From a virus (Duplodnaviria; Heunggongvirae; Uroviricota; Caudoviricetes), in the IMG/VR virus record IMGVR_UViG_2654587540_000008: a DNA stretch of 14,799 bases. One strand, 5' to 3'. The translations under genes and the position numbers were made by a program. Of this stretch, positions 13,701 through 14,799 are shown in pieces. Positions within the stretch are counted from its first letter, which is position 1; the number at the start of each line of letters is the position of its first letter. The notes under the pieces were generated by a model. The model made no database searches. It saw only the letters and a program-made list of their open reading frames with translations, and was not told the origin of the DNA.

Positions 13701-13710
13701 NNNNNNNNNN
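13701..13710. other. Run of 10 N at the cassette E/D junction; assembly gap or masked sequence
   Basis: By comparison with the A/B and B/C junctions, about 97 bp of conserved sequence (crossover site plus start of the tail-collar module) is expected here, so the 10 N do not represent true length. Confidence 0.9.
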
Positions 13711-13715
13711 CGTTT

Positions 13716-14194
13716 CTATGCTGCTCTTACAATGAAGTTAAAAGCAATATTGCGTGGACGAGTTATATTAAAAAATGACCCACTTAAAGCAACTTTGGAA
13801 CGGCTATTGGCGTTACCCAGAGATGCGTACCATAAATAATCGCTCCGATAATCAGTTGAGAATGTTTTATCACCGCCATAATCAATGCTATTACCGTTAC
13901 TCATATATGAAATATCAACTGAAGCATCATTGTCATCTCTACCACCAACTAAAGTACCTTTCTGCCACCCAAGCAACTGGCGGCCAGGATCAATTCCCCG
14001 TCCATCATCCCAGCCACGAATAAACTCACCCCGTAAATCCGGTAATTTATTCGTGGGATAAGCCTTTGCCAGTTTGGGGTACATTTCAGAAGAAAATGCT
14101 GCGCCGTTACATTTCAGCCAGCCCGCTGGCGGTGTGGCTGACGGCCACGGAACAGGCACACCAACGGGCAGTGCAGAGCCTTCCCCCAAACCAA
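13716..14194 (-). CDS. Alternative tail-fibre C-terminal cassette E (inverted orientation)
   Basis: Minus-strand frame encoding the full conserved module (one substitution, PPAGW instead of PPEGW), a divergent middle (..QLLGWQKGTLVGGRDDNDASVDISYMSNGNSIDYGGDKTFSTDYRSDYLWYASLGNANSRSKVALSGSFFN) and ITRPRNIAFNFIVRAA. The track's upstream extension to 14228 runs through the N run and is not trusted. Confidence 0.7.
13990..14194 (-). repeat. Conserved 5' cassette module, copy E (inverted)
   Basis: Reverse complement is near-identical to 11048-11253. Confidence 0.85.
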
Positions 14195-14204
14195 NNNNNN
14201 NNNN
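14195..14204. other. Run of 10 N exactly where the crossover half-site of cassette E is expected
   Basis: On the minus strand the sequence reads ...CTTTGTTTTG-N10-TTGGTTTGGGGGAA. The N run replaces the left half-site and lies 22 bp upstream of the invertase start. Confidence 0.9.
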
Positions 14205-14226
14205 CAAAACAAAGAGGATATTTTTC

Positions 14227-14799
14227 ATGCAAATTGGCTACATTCGTGTGTCAACAAATGACCAGAATACAGATTTACAACGAAACGCACTGAACTGCGC
14301 AGGATGTGAACTGATTTTTGAAGATAAAATCAGCGGAACAAAGTCAGCCAGACCAGGATTGAAAAAGCTACTCAGAACTTTATCAGAAGGAGATACGCTC
14401 GTTGTCTGGAAGCTGGACAGGCTGGGCAGAAGCATGAAGCACCTTATCACTCTTATTGAGGAACTGCGGGGAAAAGGGGTTAACTTCCGTAGCCTTACAG
14501 ACAGCATTGATACGTCAACACCCATGGGACGTTTCTTTTTTCACATCATGGGGGCTTTGGCGGAAATGGAGCGTGAATTAATAGTTGAACGAACACTGGC
14601 CGGACTTGAAGCAGCACGTGCACAGGGGCGTATTGGCGGACGCCGTCCGAAACTGACAAAAGAGCAACATGAACAAATAGCAAGGCTGATCAAAAATGGC
14701 TATAGCAGGAAACAACTGGCAATTATTTACGATATCGGCATATCGACGATTTATCGTTATCACCCGGTAGAAAAGCTACAAACTCAAACTGAGTTGTAA
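14227..14799 (+). CDS. Gin/Pin/Cin/Hin-family serine DNA invertase
   Basis: 190 aa. MQIGYIRVSTNDQNTDLQRNAL...DTLVVWKLDRLGRSMKHL...FRSLTDSIDTSTPMGRFFFHIMGALAEMERELIVERT...GRIGGRRPKL is near-identical in motif content to Gin/Pin/Hin as recalled. The catalytic Ser is at position 9 and there is a C-terminal helix-turn-helix. The track ORF from 14074 is an upstream artefact; stop TAA at 14797-14799. Confidence 0.92.
   Translation: MQIGYIRVSTNDQNTDLQRNALNCAGCELIFEDKISGTKSARPGLKKLLRTLSEGDTLVVWKLDRLGRSMKHLITLIEELRGKGVNFRSLTDSIDTSTPMGRFFFHIMGALAEMERELIVERTLAGLEAARAQGRIGGRRPKLTKEQHEQIARLIKNGYSRKQLAIIYDIGISTIYRYHPVEKLQTQTEL

Larger units (their letters stand above)
11036..14230. other. Multi-cassette invertible tail-fibre host-range region (shufflon-like / Min-like)
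   Basis: Five cassettes share a ~200-bp 5' module and a ~50-bp 3' module: three in plus orientation (A expressed; B and C silent) and two in minus orientation (E, D) with a single tfa. Crossover-like sites sit at the junctions and a serine invertase gene abuts the region. Confidence 0.75.
1372..14799. mobile_element. Defective, rearranged Mu-like myovirus prophage remnant (regulatory module plus partial tail module plus invertible tail-fibre region)
   Basis: Contains Mor/GemA-like regulators, tail chaperone, tape measure, gpU-like, J-like, I-like, tail fibre, tfa and invertase. No head, sheath, tube, spike or transposase/integrase genes in the window. The regulatory operon is inverted relative to the tail genes. 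The full extent is unknown because the window ends at the invertase stop. Confidence 0.6.

Noticed and set aside
11036-14194. Diversity-generating retroelement (template/variable repeat pair) as the explanation for the repeated fibre C-termini
   Set aside because: No reverse transcriptase gene in the window, and differences between repeat copies are scattered, mostly synonymous substitutions rather than adenine-specific changes. An invertase plus hix-like sites explain the structure.
11048-14194. CRISPR array suggested by regularly spaced repeats
   Set aside because: The repeat units are ~200 bp protein-coding modules spaced ~500 bp apart in both orientations, not 25-40 bp repeats with short spacers.
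13716-14228. Stand-alone protein MKNILFVL...GLGEGSALP (track ORF including the ATG at 14226-14228) as an independently expressed tail-collar protein
   Set aside because: The frame assignment runs through a 10-N gap of unknown true length and there is no ribosome-binding site upstream of that ATG. Kept only as a low-interest note within the CATG finding.

Overview
This window looks like the edge of a rearranged, defective Mu-like myovirus prophage in an enterobacterial-type genome, read by eye without any database search. A host-side secreted protein gene (1-1023, possibly a fimbrial adhesin) is followed by a minus-strand early/middle operon (4748 down to 2119) ending in GemA-like and Mor-family genes and a strong terminator. 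A plus-strand tail module follows: frameshifted tail assembly chaperone, tape measure protein, a gpU/DNA-circulation-like protein, baseplate J-like and I-like proteins, and a tail fibre gene. Head, sheath, tube and tail-spike genes are absent and there is an apparent deletion scar between the gpU-like and J-like genes. The most notable structure is at 11036-14799: the tail fibre constant region is fused to one of five alternative C-terminal cassettes (three on plus, two on minus with one tail-fibre assembly gene), each starting with the same ~200 bp tail-collar module, with a hix/gix-like crossover site at the fusion point and an adjacent Gin/Pin/Hin/Cin-family serine invertase. This is a multi-cassette, shufflon-like host-range switch. 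Two 10-nt N runs sit exactly at the minus-strand cassette junctions.
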